64,000 bases of DNA, taken from Minisyncoccota bacterium (GTDB lineage Bacteria; Patescibacteriota; Minisyncoccia; Phycocordibacterales; JAGLPS01). The DNA lies in assembly GCA_023137185.1 (NCBI GenBank), contig JAGLPS010000019.1, positions 309 through 64,308 on the forward strand. Direction: 5' to 3'. Positions 17,480 through 25,629 of the stretch are shown here, piece by piece. Within the stretch, counting starts at the first letter, position 1. The number at the start of each line of letters is the position of its first letter. Below the pieces are notes generated by a model. That model ran no database searches. It was not told the DNA's origin and was given only the letters and a program-made list of their open reading frames with translations. Position numbers and translations under genes: made by a program.

Positions 17480-19708
17480 TTGGTATCAATGACTAAGTTG
17501 TTAATTGTAGAATCACCGGCAAAAGCCAAAACCATCACAAAGTATCTTGATGATACATATACCGTTACCGCGTCAGTCGGGCACATAAGAGACTTGCCAA
17601 AAAGCAATAAGAAAGCCGTGGATATAGAACACGGTTTTGTTCCACATTACGAAATTTCCAAAGGAAAAGAGAAAGTTATTTCGGAAATAAAAAGTCTCGC
17701 AAAAAAAGCAGAGGAGGTGCTTCTCGCGACCGACCCCGACCGCGAAGGAGAAGCGATCGCGTGGCATATAATTCAAGCCTGCGATTTAGAAAATCAAAAG
17801 TTAAAAGTCAAAAGGATTGTTTTTCACGAAATTACCAAAGACGCCGTCAACGAAGCATTAAAGCATCCCCGAGATATTGATAACGACTTGAAGGAAGCTC
17901 AGGAGGCCCGCCGTGTTCTTGACCGCCTCGTCGGCTACGACTTGTCGGGACTTATCTGGAAAAAAGTTAGATATGGACTTTCCGCGGGACGAGTGCAATC
18001 CCCCGCTTTGCGAATCCTCTCCGAACGCGAGCGCGAAATCGCGGCTTTTATTCCCCAGAAATATTGGGTTATTGACGCGGACACAGAAACTGATAAAAAA
18101 GAAAAAATTACTTTTACCTGCGCGAAAGAACCCACTGAAGAAAAAGAAGCGGAAGAGATTTTGAAACGAGGAAAAGAGGCGCAATGGAAAATTGTTGATG
18201 TTAAAGAAACAAAAGGGAAACGTGCACCGAAAGCTCCTTTTATCACTTCAACTCTCCAACAAGCCGCAAGTTCCCGTCTTGGATTTTCGCCATCACGCGC
18301 GATGATGCTTGCCCAGAAACTTTATGAAGCGGGATTCATTACATATATGCGCACCGATAGCACTACCATAAGTGGTTCTATTGCCACTCATATCGCGGAA
18401 GTTATCAAAAAAGAGTTCGGAGAAAAATTATACACGCCGCGTGTATATAAAACAAAATCAAAAAACGCGCAAGAAGCGCACGAAGCAATACGTCCAACTG
18501 ATGTACTGAAGAGGTTTGCTGGACACAATGACGCGGAGAAAGCGCTCTACCAGCTTATCTGGGAAAGAACTGTCGCCTCTCAAATGGCAGACGCTATTGT
18601 TTTGAAAACCCGCGTCATCGCGGAAGGAGGAAAGGAAAATCCTGAGTTTACGGCAAATGGTTCGCGAATTATTTCACCCGGCTGGCTCCTTGCTGACCCG
18701 CGCGCGCGAGGCGAAGACGTAGAACTGCCGAAAGTGCAAGCTCAAGACAATCTCTCTCTGCTTAAAATACGCTCTGAAGAAAAAGAAACGCTTCCCCCGC
18801 CTCGCTATTCAGAGGCCGGCCTCGTAAAAGAGCTTGAAAAGCGCGGTATTGGTCGCCCTTCCACTTACGCGGCTATCATAAAAACCATTCAGGAAAGAGG
18901 CTACGTTGAGAAAATAAACCGCAGTCTCAAAGTAACAGACACAGGCGAAGTAGTAAGCTCTTTTCTAGAAAATAATTTCGCAAAATACGTAAGCGATACA
19001 TTTACCGCCGAGATGGAAAACAAGCTTGACGCAATCGCCGATGGACAAGCCACATATACAAAAATACTTGAAGACTTTTATGCCCCATTCGCCAAGGATG
19101 TGGAATCAAAACAGGACACGGAAAAAATCACGACACTGGGAGACGCTGAACCTCATCACAAATGTCCTTTGTGCGGAGGAGATATGATTATAAAACTCGG
19201 ACGAACCGGAAAGTTTTTAAGTTGTAAAAAATTCCCAGAATGCAAAGGCGCGCGAACACTGGAAGGAGAAGCAATGGAAGGACCAAAAGAAACTGGAGAA
19301 AACTGTCCCGAATGCGCAAAAAGCCTGCCTGTTGAGAAACAAGGAAAACTTGTAGAGCGTATGGGACGATTCGGAAAATTTATCGCTTGTAGCCGTTATC
19401 CCAAATGTAAGTACGTCAGGAAAGACCCCGCTCAAGAAGAAAAGGCAAAAACAGGAGTTAAGTGCCCCGAATGCGCAAAAAGCCTGCCTGCCGATAAGCA
19501 AGGTGAAATTATGGAGCGTCGCGGACGATTTGGACCTTTTTTCAGTTGCAGCAACTACCCTGATTGCCGTTTTAATATAAAATCAAAACCGACAGGAAAA
19601 TTGTGCGAGGATTGCGGTTCTCTAATGATGGAAGGCACGAAGACTATCCCTGAACGTTGTAGCAACAAAAACTGTCCAAATCACAATCCTCATAAAAAAA
19701 TAAAGTAA
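17480..19708 (+). CDS. topA: DNA topoisomerase I with C-terminal zinc-ribbon repeats
   Basis: TOPRIM TDPDREGEAIAWHI, and multiple CPxC...C Zn ribbons (CPLCGGDM, CPECAKS x2, CEDCGS). The start may be Met-4 (MTKLL). Confidence 0.9.
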   Translation: MVSMTKLLIVESPAKAKTITKYLDDTYTVTASVGHIRDLPKSNKKAVDIEHGFVPHYEISKGKEKVISEIKSLAKKAEEVLLATDPDREGEAIAWHIIQACDLENQKLKVKRIVFHEITKDAVNEALKHPRDIDNDLKEAQEARRVLDRLVGYDLSGLIWKKVRYGLSAGRVQSPALRILSEREREIAAFIPQKYWVIDADTETDKKEKITFTCAKEPTEEKEAEEILKRGKEAQWKIVDVKETKGKRAPKAPFITSTLQQAASSRLGFSPSRAMMLAQKLYEAGFITYMRTDSTTISGSIATHIAEVIKKEFGEKLYTPRVYKTKSKNAQEAHEAIRPTDVLKRFAGHNDAEKALYQLIWERTVASQMADAIVLKTRVIAEGGKENPEFTANGSRIISPGWLLADPRARGEDVELPKVQAQDNLSLLKIRSEEKETLPPPRYSEAGLVKELEKRGIGRPSTYAAIIKTIQERGYVEKINRSLKVTDTGEVVSSFLENNFAKYVSDTFTAEMENKLDAIADGQATYTKILEDFYAPFAKDVESKQDTEKITTLGDAEPHHKCPLCGGDMIIKLGRTGKFLSCKKFPECKGARTLEGEAMEGPKETGENCPECAKSLPVEKQGKLVERMGRFGKFIACSRYPKCKYVRKDPAQEEKAKTGVKCPECAKSLPADKQGEIMERRGRFGPFFSCSNYPDCRFNIKSKPTGKLCEDCGSLMMEGTKTIPERCSNKNCPNHNPHKKIK

Positions 19709-19986
19709 TATTAAAGCACGCAAACTGCTTTGCGTGCGCAACTAGTCTGAGTGAGCCGGAGCGATGTTTCTGTAGCAACAGAAACCGCGAGGCGGGTGAG
19801 AAATGCTGGGAGCATTTCGCAAGACCTTTTGAGACAATTTCTGAATTGTCCAAAAGGTGTACAGACTCTGTAAGAGTCACAAGTCATTCAAGCTCCGTCG
19901 AGCTTGAATGACTTGTGACCGAAGACTATCCCTGAACGTTGTAGCAACAAAAACTGCCCAAATCACAATCCTCATAAAAAAAACTA
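19709..19986 (+). mobile_element. 211-bp non-coding structured element inserted immediately after the topA stop. It is followed by a near-identical duplicate of the last ~66 bp of topA, carrying its own in-frame stop (PHKKN*).
   Basis: topA 19642..19708 is repeated at 19920..19986 with 2 mismatches plus an altered terminal codon. The element begins with the hairpin GCACGCAAACTGCTTTGCGTGC. It ends with CCAAAAGGTGTACAGACTCTGTAAGAGTC plus a 20-bp-stem hairpin. The same 3' motif ends the tRNA-linked elements. Confidence 0.5.
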
Positions 19987-20398
19987 AAAGCCAAAAGCTG
20001 TCTTGGGAGCTTGTCCGCCAAACTTTATTTTGACGAGCGAGTATGCCATGAAAGCTTCCGAGCTTTCATGGCATACAAGCCTGCCTGCCGGCATAGGCAA
20101 GGTCAAGGTCAAGTCAAACTTATAGGTCAATACCGCCCCGCAGGCGGGGCGGGGCGATTGGACAAGCAAAGCGGGCGAGTACCGATAAGACCTGTGGACA
20201 CGGCGTGTCCACAGGTCTTTGTTACTCCCATACTCCCATATTACCCTGCGGTTTTTGCCGCAGGGACATATATTACCTAAACTTAAAATACGATGGGAAG
20301 GGAAAATTTGAGACAATGTGCTTTTTATCCACTTATATTCCATTTTTCCATAAAGTTAGGCGAGTTGCTTTTTTGCCCGCCTCTCCTAAAATAGAGAT

Positions 20399-21982
20399 AT
20401 GAGTGCCCGAGATATTCTTAATCTCCTGCCCGTTCCTCCGACAGAGAAGGATACGGCACTTATTGAACACGCTTATATATTTGCAAAAAAAGCTCACCAA
20501 GAGCAAAAACGATACGAGGGAGAACCTTATTTTACGCATCTTTTCGAGACGGCAAAAATACTCGCGGAGCTCGGTATGAGCGCTGTAACAATCACCGCGG
20601 GACTCCTTCACGATGTTGTGGAAGACAAAAAAGCAACCTCTGAGCAAGTGGAAAAAGAATTCGGAAGCGAGATTCTTTTTCTTGTTGAGGGAGTAACGAA
20701 GGTTGGAAAAATTGAATACCACGGAATAGAACGCTACAACGAAAGTCTGCGGAAACTTCTCGTCGCGACATCACAGGACATTCGCGTCATTATTATCAAA
20801 CTGTGCGACCGATTGCATAATATGCGAACACTAAACCACCTTCCAGAATATAAGCAGCAGCGAATCGCGAAAGAAACATTGGATATTTATGTTCGTATCG
20901 CCTACCGATTGGGAATAAGAAGGATACAGCGCGAACTTGAAAATCTTGCGTTTCCTTACGTATACCCCAAGGAATACAAAGAAATAAACGAATTAATAAA
21001 ACACAAGGAAAAGGAGGACGCGCGGCAACTTGAGAAATTCCAGAAGTCTCTTCGCAAAGCGCTCGCGAAAGCGGGCATAAGAGACTTCAAAACCGATTAC
21101 CGAATTAAGAGTATGTACAGTTTGTACAAGAAATATTTACGAAAGAATAGAAATATTGAAAAAATTTATGACATTCTTGCGATTCGCGTCATCGCGCCTA
21201 CTATAGAAGACTGCTATAAAGTTCTTGGGGTAATACACAGTGTCTGGAAACCAGTTTTAGGACGAATCAAAGACCACATTGCCTTTCCCAAAATAGACGG
21301 TTATCAGAGCATCCATACAACTATTTTTACCGGCGATGGAGCTATTGTTGAAATTCAAATAAAAACAGAAGAAATGTATAAACGGGCAGAATATGGTATG
21401 CATTTTATATATAAAAATGAGTATGGAAGCAAAGATGAAAACAAGGATCAATCAACATTCGCATGGGTTTTGAGACTTCTTCCTTCTTTGTTTTTCAGAG
21501 GAAGAAATGAAAAACCAATCCAAAAAAAATTAAAACGTTCTTCAAAAAATGGAGAAAATAATGATATTCCAAAATGGGTAAAGGAGCTCGCGGAATATCA
21601 AGCTTCCTTGTCTACAAACAAAAAAGACTTCGCAAAAAATCTGCAAGCTGATTTTTTTGATGAGAGAATTTTCGTATTCACGCCAAAAGGAGACGTGATT
21701 GATCTTCCGATTTATTCAACCCCTGTTGATTTTGCCTATAATATCCATTCGGACATCGGCAATCATATGAGCGGAGCCAAAGTGAATGGTAAACTTATTT
21801 CCTTTGACTCATCGTTAAATAATGGCGATATTGTGGAAATCATTATAAAACAGTCCGCAACGCCATCACATAAGTGGCTTGAATCAGTAAAAACGACGCT
21901 CGCTCGGAAACAAATCAAGTCTGAAATCGCTCGCGCGGAAGAAAAAAAATATCAATCTAAAACTAAGTTTAAATCTAAATAA
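20399..21982 (+). CDS. rel: Bifunctional (p)ppGpp synthetase/hydrolase, Rel/SpoT family (HD, synthetase and TGS domains; no ACT)
   Basis: HD domain (HLFETAKIL...LLHDVVED), synthetase domain (YRIKSMYSLYKKY...IHTTIF), TGS domain (IFVFTPKGDVIDLP). Confidence 0.85.
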   Translation: MSARDILNLLPVPPTEKDTALIEHAYIFAKKAHQEQKRYEGEPYFTHLFETAKILAELGMSAVTITAGLLHDVVEDKKATSEQVEKEFGSEILFLVEGVTKVGKIEYHGIERYNESLRKLLVATSQDIRVIIIKLCDRLHNMRTLNHLPEYKQQRIAKETLDIYVRIAYRLGIRRIQRELENLAFPYVYPKEYKEINELIKHKEKEDARQLEKFQKSLRKALAKAGIRDFKTDYRIKSMYSLYKKYLRKNRNIEKIYDILAIRVIAPTIEDCYKVLGVIHSVWKPVLGRIKDHIAFPKIDGYQSIHTTIFTGDGAIVEIQIKTEEMYKRAEYGMHFIYKNEYGSKDENKDQSTFAWVLRLLPSLFFRGRNEKPIQKKLKRSSKNGENNDIPKWVKELAEYQASLSTNKKDFAKNLQADFFDERIFVFTPKGDVIDLPIYSTPVDFAYNIHSDIGNHMSGAKVNGKLISFDSSLNNGDIVEIIIKQSATPSHKWLESVKTTLARKQIKSEIARAEEKKYQSKTKFKSK

Positions 21983-22132
21983 TTCATCTTGTTAGGTAAA
22001 TATATTTGGTATAACATTTTGAATGCATCTGCGCGACAATCAGGTTGCCGTAGAGCAATGCCAAAACTCTCTCGGTCTGAGGACGTTTGTCTCTGAGAGA
22101 TTAGTTTCAATGAGCTGGAGACTCGAAAGTTA

Positions 22133-23131
22133 CTACAGAGTGAAGTTCTTGATTGAATAAAGTTCTTCTTCTTTTTTCTCTTCTGAGGATCTATCGTCTG
22201 CTGGCTTGTCCAGAACTTCTCCGACAGAAGTCTGAGCTGGCGTTTCTCCGTTCTGTTGCAAATTTGCTATATGGCGGTCAAGCATTTCGGACGGATTTTT
22301 TTGTTGATTTGAACGGATAAGGCCGAGGATGTTATGCAGGTCGTCATTTGAGAAAAAATCTATAAGAAGTTTGCCGCCGTTCTCCTTTCTCTCAATAGTT
22401 ACCCGTGTTCCAAGGCTTTCGGCAAGATGTTCTTCAAGCTCCATAAGTTCCGGGTCAGGAATATATTTTTTCTTTCGTATCCGTTCAACCGCGATACGGC
22501 GAGCCATTGATTCAGCGTCGCGCACACTAAGTTTTTTGTATACGATTTCTTTGAAAAGAGTCACTTGCTCTTCAGGTCGGTCATCTAACATCAAAAGCGG
22601 ACGAGTGTGACCTTCGGAAATCTGTCCAGCGCCCAACGCGTCAACAATCTCTTGTGGAAGAGAAAGAATCCTCATTGTATTGGTAACATACGCGCGACTC
22701 TTTCCTACTTTTTTTCCAATCTGCTCGTGTTTGAATTTAAATTCGTTTGCAAGACGGTGGAAAGCCCGCGCTCGGTCAACCGCGTTTAGGTCTTCGCGTT
22801 GGATATTTTCAATAATTGCCAATTCAAGCTTAAGAAGGTCGCTTTCTTCACCCATACGAATCATTACCGGCACCTGTGTCAGTTGGGCTATTTTTGCAGC
22901 GCGCAAACGGCGTTCCCCAGAAATAAGCTCGTATTCAACAGCTAGTCCCCCATCTTCTTTGGAAACTTCTAACCTTGTTACCACAAGAGCTTGAAGTATC
23001 CCGTATTGTCTGACAGAATCAGCAAGATTTTCAAGTTGAGCCTGGTCAAATTCCCGCCGGGGTTGGTAGGGATTCGGTTTTATTTTGTCTGTCTCAATCC
23101 AAAAAATTGAATCGTTGTAAAATTGTGACAT
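22133..23131 (-). CDS. parB: ParB/Spo0J-family partition protein (no adjacent parA)
   Basis: ParB box ELISGERRLRAAKIA, HTH KKVGKSRAYVTNTMRIL. The adjacent upstream position on this strand is occupied by tRNA-Leu rather than parA. Confidence 0.8.
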   Translation of the reverse strand: MSQFYNDSIFWIETDKIKPNPYQPRREFDQAQLENLADSVRQYGILQALVVTRLEVSKEDGGLAVEYELISGERRLRAAKIAQLTQVPVMIRMGEESDLLKLELAIIENIQREDLNAVDRARAFHRLANEFKFKHEQIGKKVGKSRAYVTNTMRILSLPQEIVDALGAGQISEGHTRPLLMLDDRPEEQVTLFKEIVYKKLSVRDAESMARRIAVERIRKKKYIPDPELMELEEHLAESLGTRVTIERKENGGKLLIDFFSNDDLHNILGLIRSNQQKNPSEMLDRHIANLQQNGETPAQTSVGEVLDKPADDRSSEEKKEEELYSIKNFTL

Positions 23132-23236
23132 ATCAGTTTATTAAAACAATTTTAGCATATTTTTTTCTAGGAGCGAAAATTCGTGGAGTATTCTAAAATT
23201 GAAACAGAGGCTTATTTGTAGTAACGTGTATCGTAT

Positions 23237-23318
23237 GCCGAGGTGGCGGAATTGGTAGACGCGCACGACTCAAAATCGTGTGGGGAAACTCATGAGGGTT
23301 CAAGTCCCTCCCTCGGCA
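23237..23318 (+). tRNA. tRNA-Leu (anticodon CAA), class II
   Basis: GCCGAGGUGGCGGAAUUGGUAGACGC, anticodon arm CACGA-CUCAAAA-UCGUG, long variable arm, T-arm GAGGG-UUCAAGU-CCCUC, acceptor CCUCGGC-A. No CCA is encoded. Confidence 0.8.
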
Positions 23319-23638
23319 CAAATTGAGCAAAGCGAAAGCTGTGCCGAGGGAGGCGCAGCTTTCTTTCTGAAGAAAGCGTCGCGCGGACTTGAAGCCCGAT
23401 TGAGATTTTCTTGAATCCAAAGGATGAAAAGAAAATCCAATTGGGGTACTGTTCCTGTAAGGAACAGTACCCCAACACAAGTAGTCAAGGCGAAGTTGGG
23501 CGCGGCAAAATCGTGTGGGGAAAGGCTTGAGGGTTGAGGCGCGAATACTTGGAGCGCCGAAAAATCTTGTGAGATTTTTTCTGAAAAATCCACAAGGTGT
23601 ACAGAACCTGTAAGATTCAAGTCCCTCCCTCGGCACCA
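23319..23638 (+). mobile_element. tRNA-3'-end-linked element. It comprises module B (about 130 bp), the hairpin GGGGTACTGTTCC-TGTAA-GGAACAGTACCCC, a partial tRNA-Leu copy (anticodon-3' half to T-stem), the GGTGTACAGAACCTGTAAG motif, and a duplicate of the tRNA 3' end with CCA (ATTCAAGTCCCTCCCTCGGCACCA).
   Basis: It starts exactly after the discriminator A. Module B is shared with 30473..30630 and 40615..40777. Confidence 0.5.
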
Positions 23639-23645
23639 AGTCAAA

Positions 23646-23726
23646 ATTTGGAAGCTCGGCTTCCAAATGGGAGTCTCAAAACGTGGTGTAATAATTTTAC
23701 AGCTTTTGGACACTGAGTGTCCAAAA
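23646..23726. repeat. Composite palindromic repeat element (ATTTGGAAGCTCGGCTTCCAAAT ... TTTTGGACACTGAGTGTCCAAAA); same family as 8894..8971, opposite orientation
   Basis: Seen in the sequence. Confidence 0.7.
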
Positions 23727-23874
23727 CCGTATTTAGAAGCTTTGCTTCCGAGAGGCTGAAGTGTTACTAACGCTATGGTAATAGGTGGTGCGCAATTTTG
23801 ACTTTTTAATTAAAATATTGTTATATTCAGACAGTCTAATATAGCCATCGTACATTTTTACCAAAGAAAGGAGG

Positions 23875-24159
23875 TTGTCTATGAAGAAGATTTACGTGGT
23901 AATATGTGTCGCCCTTCTCATATTTTTTGTCATCGGGTGCGAAGAGAGACCTGAACTGGTTCATGAAAGGGAAGAACGCCAACGAGCGAGAAATATTAAG
24001 TACGGAATTTTTGTAATCAAAACCGTTGAGTATATAAAAGATCCGCGAACTAATATTTGTTTCGCTTACTCTTGGGGAGGACAGTATAATGGTGGACAAG
24101 CTCTCTCAACAGTACCTTGCGAAGCAATCCCGCCCGAATTGTTAACGGTGGCAAAGTAA
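23875..24159 (+). CDS. Small hypothetical lipoprotein-like protein (signal peptide ending in a Cys lipobox-like IGC)
   Basis: ORF track. Hydrophobic N-terminus VVICVALLIFFVIGC. AGGAGG upstream of the start. Confidence 0.35.
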   Translation: MSMKKIYVVICVALLIFFVIGCEERPELVHEREERQRARNIKYGIFVIKTVEYIKDPRTNICFAYSWGGQYNGGQALSTVPCEAIPPELLTVAK

Positions 24160-24247
24160 ACATCTCCAATCCCTTCCCCGCTATTTTTCGGAATAGCGGG
24201 GTTTTTGTTGAAAAAAAAGTAGAAAAACTGGTAAGATTCATTTTATC

Positions 24248-24340
24248 GCGAGTATAGTTTAGTGGTAAAATGGCTGCCCCGAACAACTTTGCTCCGCAAA
24301 GCATACGGGGTAAACTTCCCAAGCCCCTACACCAACTTTT
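24248..24340 (+). pseudogene. Degenerate tRNA-like sequence (5' acceptor/D-arm-like GCGAGUAUAGUUUAGUGGUAAAAU and an anticodon-arm-like CUUCCCAAG copy of tRNA-Gly) without a T-arm
   Basis: It resembles the 5' half and the anticodon region of the adjacent tRNA-Gly(CCC) but cannot fold into a cloverleaf. Confidence 0.3.
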
Positions 24341-24351
24341 ACATAACATAC

Positions 24352-24422
24352 GCGGGTATGGTTCAGTGGTAGAACACTTGCTTCCCAAGCAAGAAACGCG
24401 AGTTCGATTCTCGCTACCCGCA
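24352..24422 (+). tRNA. tRNA-Gly (anticodon CCC)
   Basis: GCGGGUA-UG-GUUCAGUGGUAGAAC, anticodon arm CUUGC-UUCCCAA-GCAAG, T-arm GCGAG-UUCGAUU-CUCGC, acceptor UACCCGC-A. Confidence 0.85.
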
Positions 24423-24472
24423 CAAAAAGGCCGCATTATTATTTAGAAATAATGCGGCCGAAAACTTGATAC

Positions 24473-25558
24473 TTAAAAGGAAGAATTAAAAAATACACCT
24501 GCCCATTTTTTGCCGCCCTTTGTTACTTTGGATTCTTTTATTTCGATGCGTTCCACAACAATTTTGTTCTTAGCAGATTCTTGGGTAACGTACTGTACTA
24601 CATCCAGTGCTTGCGCGGTGGGGCTAAAATTGAGCCAACCTTCTTTGCTTTTTCCCCCCTTAAGAGAAGCTTTTACAAAGTATTTTCCCTCTGCACACTG
24701 AGTACGAGGTTTTGATTTCACTAGTTTACCGACAAACTTATTACTATCGGTAAAATTTATGGAAAACTCCGTACTCCTACCGTCAAGTAGTTGTCTGAAC
24801 TGTTGAACCGCTTCCATAACCCACATTTCATTTTCTTCAACTGGACGAGGTGTACAAGTAAAACCGTTTGAGACACTTCCGTCATCCCAATAAATGAAAC
24901 GTGAATGAGATTCATTTTCTATGAAACGTGTTCCCATACATGTCTTTATCACTGGAATGTTTTTATCATCAGAGACGACAAACTTCCGTCCAAAACGATA
25001 CACCGGATCATCTTGCAGTCCTTCGGGGAAAGTATAATCACCAATAAGTTGTTCCTCGCCAATTGCGTAAAACCATGGCGTTAGAGCGCCACAGACAACT
25101 CGACGCTTGAAACCAGTAAGTTTTGGGAACGTTTCTTTGACGTTTATGCTACTAGTCCAATATTTGGAGAAAACAGCACAGGCTTGCTTAATTGTTTCCC
25201 ATTCTGTAAATATTGAGCCCTTGCGATTCGAAAACTCATTAATGACAATTCCCCACCGCCCGTCAGGTGGATTTTTAACTTCAAGCACTTCAATATATCC
25301 CCCACTACCAGAACAACCTCCACCAGCGTATTTGTGCTGTTTAATTTTATAGCGAGTGTATCGTCCATAACTCCCATGAGAGACATTGACACGACCAGTT
25401 GAGGGTATGTCAATATTACGAATGTTATTTTTGATGAATTCTTTAATTTGCTCCCTCAAACTCTTGGGTTCTGTAGGACAACTAAATTCAATATGCTGCC
25501 CAATACCGGTTCTTGCTTCGCCAAAAGTATAACAAGAGAAACGGTCAGATGTACTCAT
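24473..25558 (-). CDS. Hypothetical protein (361 aa from MSTSDRF), Gly-rich central segment, no recognised domain
   Basis: ORF track. AGGAGG sits 5 nt upstream of the ATG at 25558. The gene is convergent with the tRNA-Gly locus. Confidence 0.5.
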   Translation of the reverse strand: MSTSDRFSCYTFGEARTGIGQHIEFSCPTEPKSLREQIKEFIKNNIRNIDIPSTGRVNVSHGSYGRYTRYKIKQHKYAGGGCSGSGGYIEVLEVKNPPDGRWGIVINEFSNRKGSIFTEWETIKQACAVFSKYWTSSINVKETFPKLTGFKRRVVCGALTPWFYAIGEEQLIGDYTFPEGLQDDPVYRFGRKFVVSDDKNIPVIKTCMGTRFIENESHSRFIYWDDGSVSNGFTCTPRPVEENEMWVMEAVQQFRQLLDGRSTEFSINFTDSNKFVGKLVKSKPRTQCAEGKYFVKASLKGGKSKEGWLNFSPTAQALDVVQYVTQESAKNKIVVERIEIKESKVTKGGKKWAGVFFNSSF

Positions 25559-25629
25559 AATAACCTCCTTTTTGTTTTTAAGTTTTTGAAGAACAATATT
25601 CACCGAAAAATTACCATTATTTTACTTTA

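Noticed and set aside
17858-18246. Minus-strand ORFs inside topA
   Set aside because: They are antisense to a well-supported gene.
19709-19919. RNase P RNA-like stretch (GTAGCAACAGAAACCGCGAGGCGGGTGAGAAA) inside the topA-linked element
   Set aside because: It lacks the universally conserved P4 sequences (AGGAAAGTCCGG / ACAGAA...) and is far too short.
20099-20131. CtsR-operator-like GGTCAA direct repeats upstream of rel
   Set aside because: Spacing and heptad sequence do not match the CtsR consensus (GGTCAAA-NAN-GGTCAAA). The motif is far from any clp gene.
23193-23713. Minus-strand ORFs (157 aa, 137 aa, 62 aa) overlapping tRNA-Leu and its linked element
   Set aside because: They span a tRNA gene and hairpin repeats and have no RBS. 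They are spurious.
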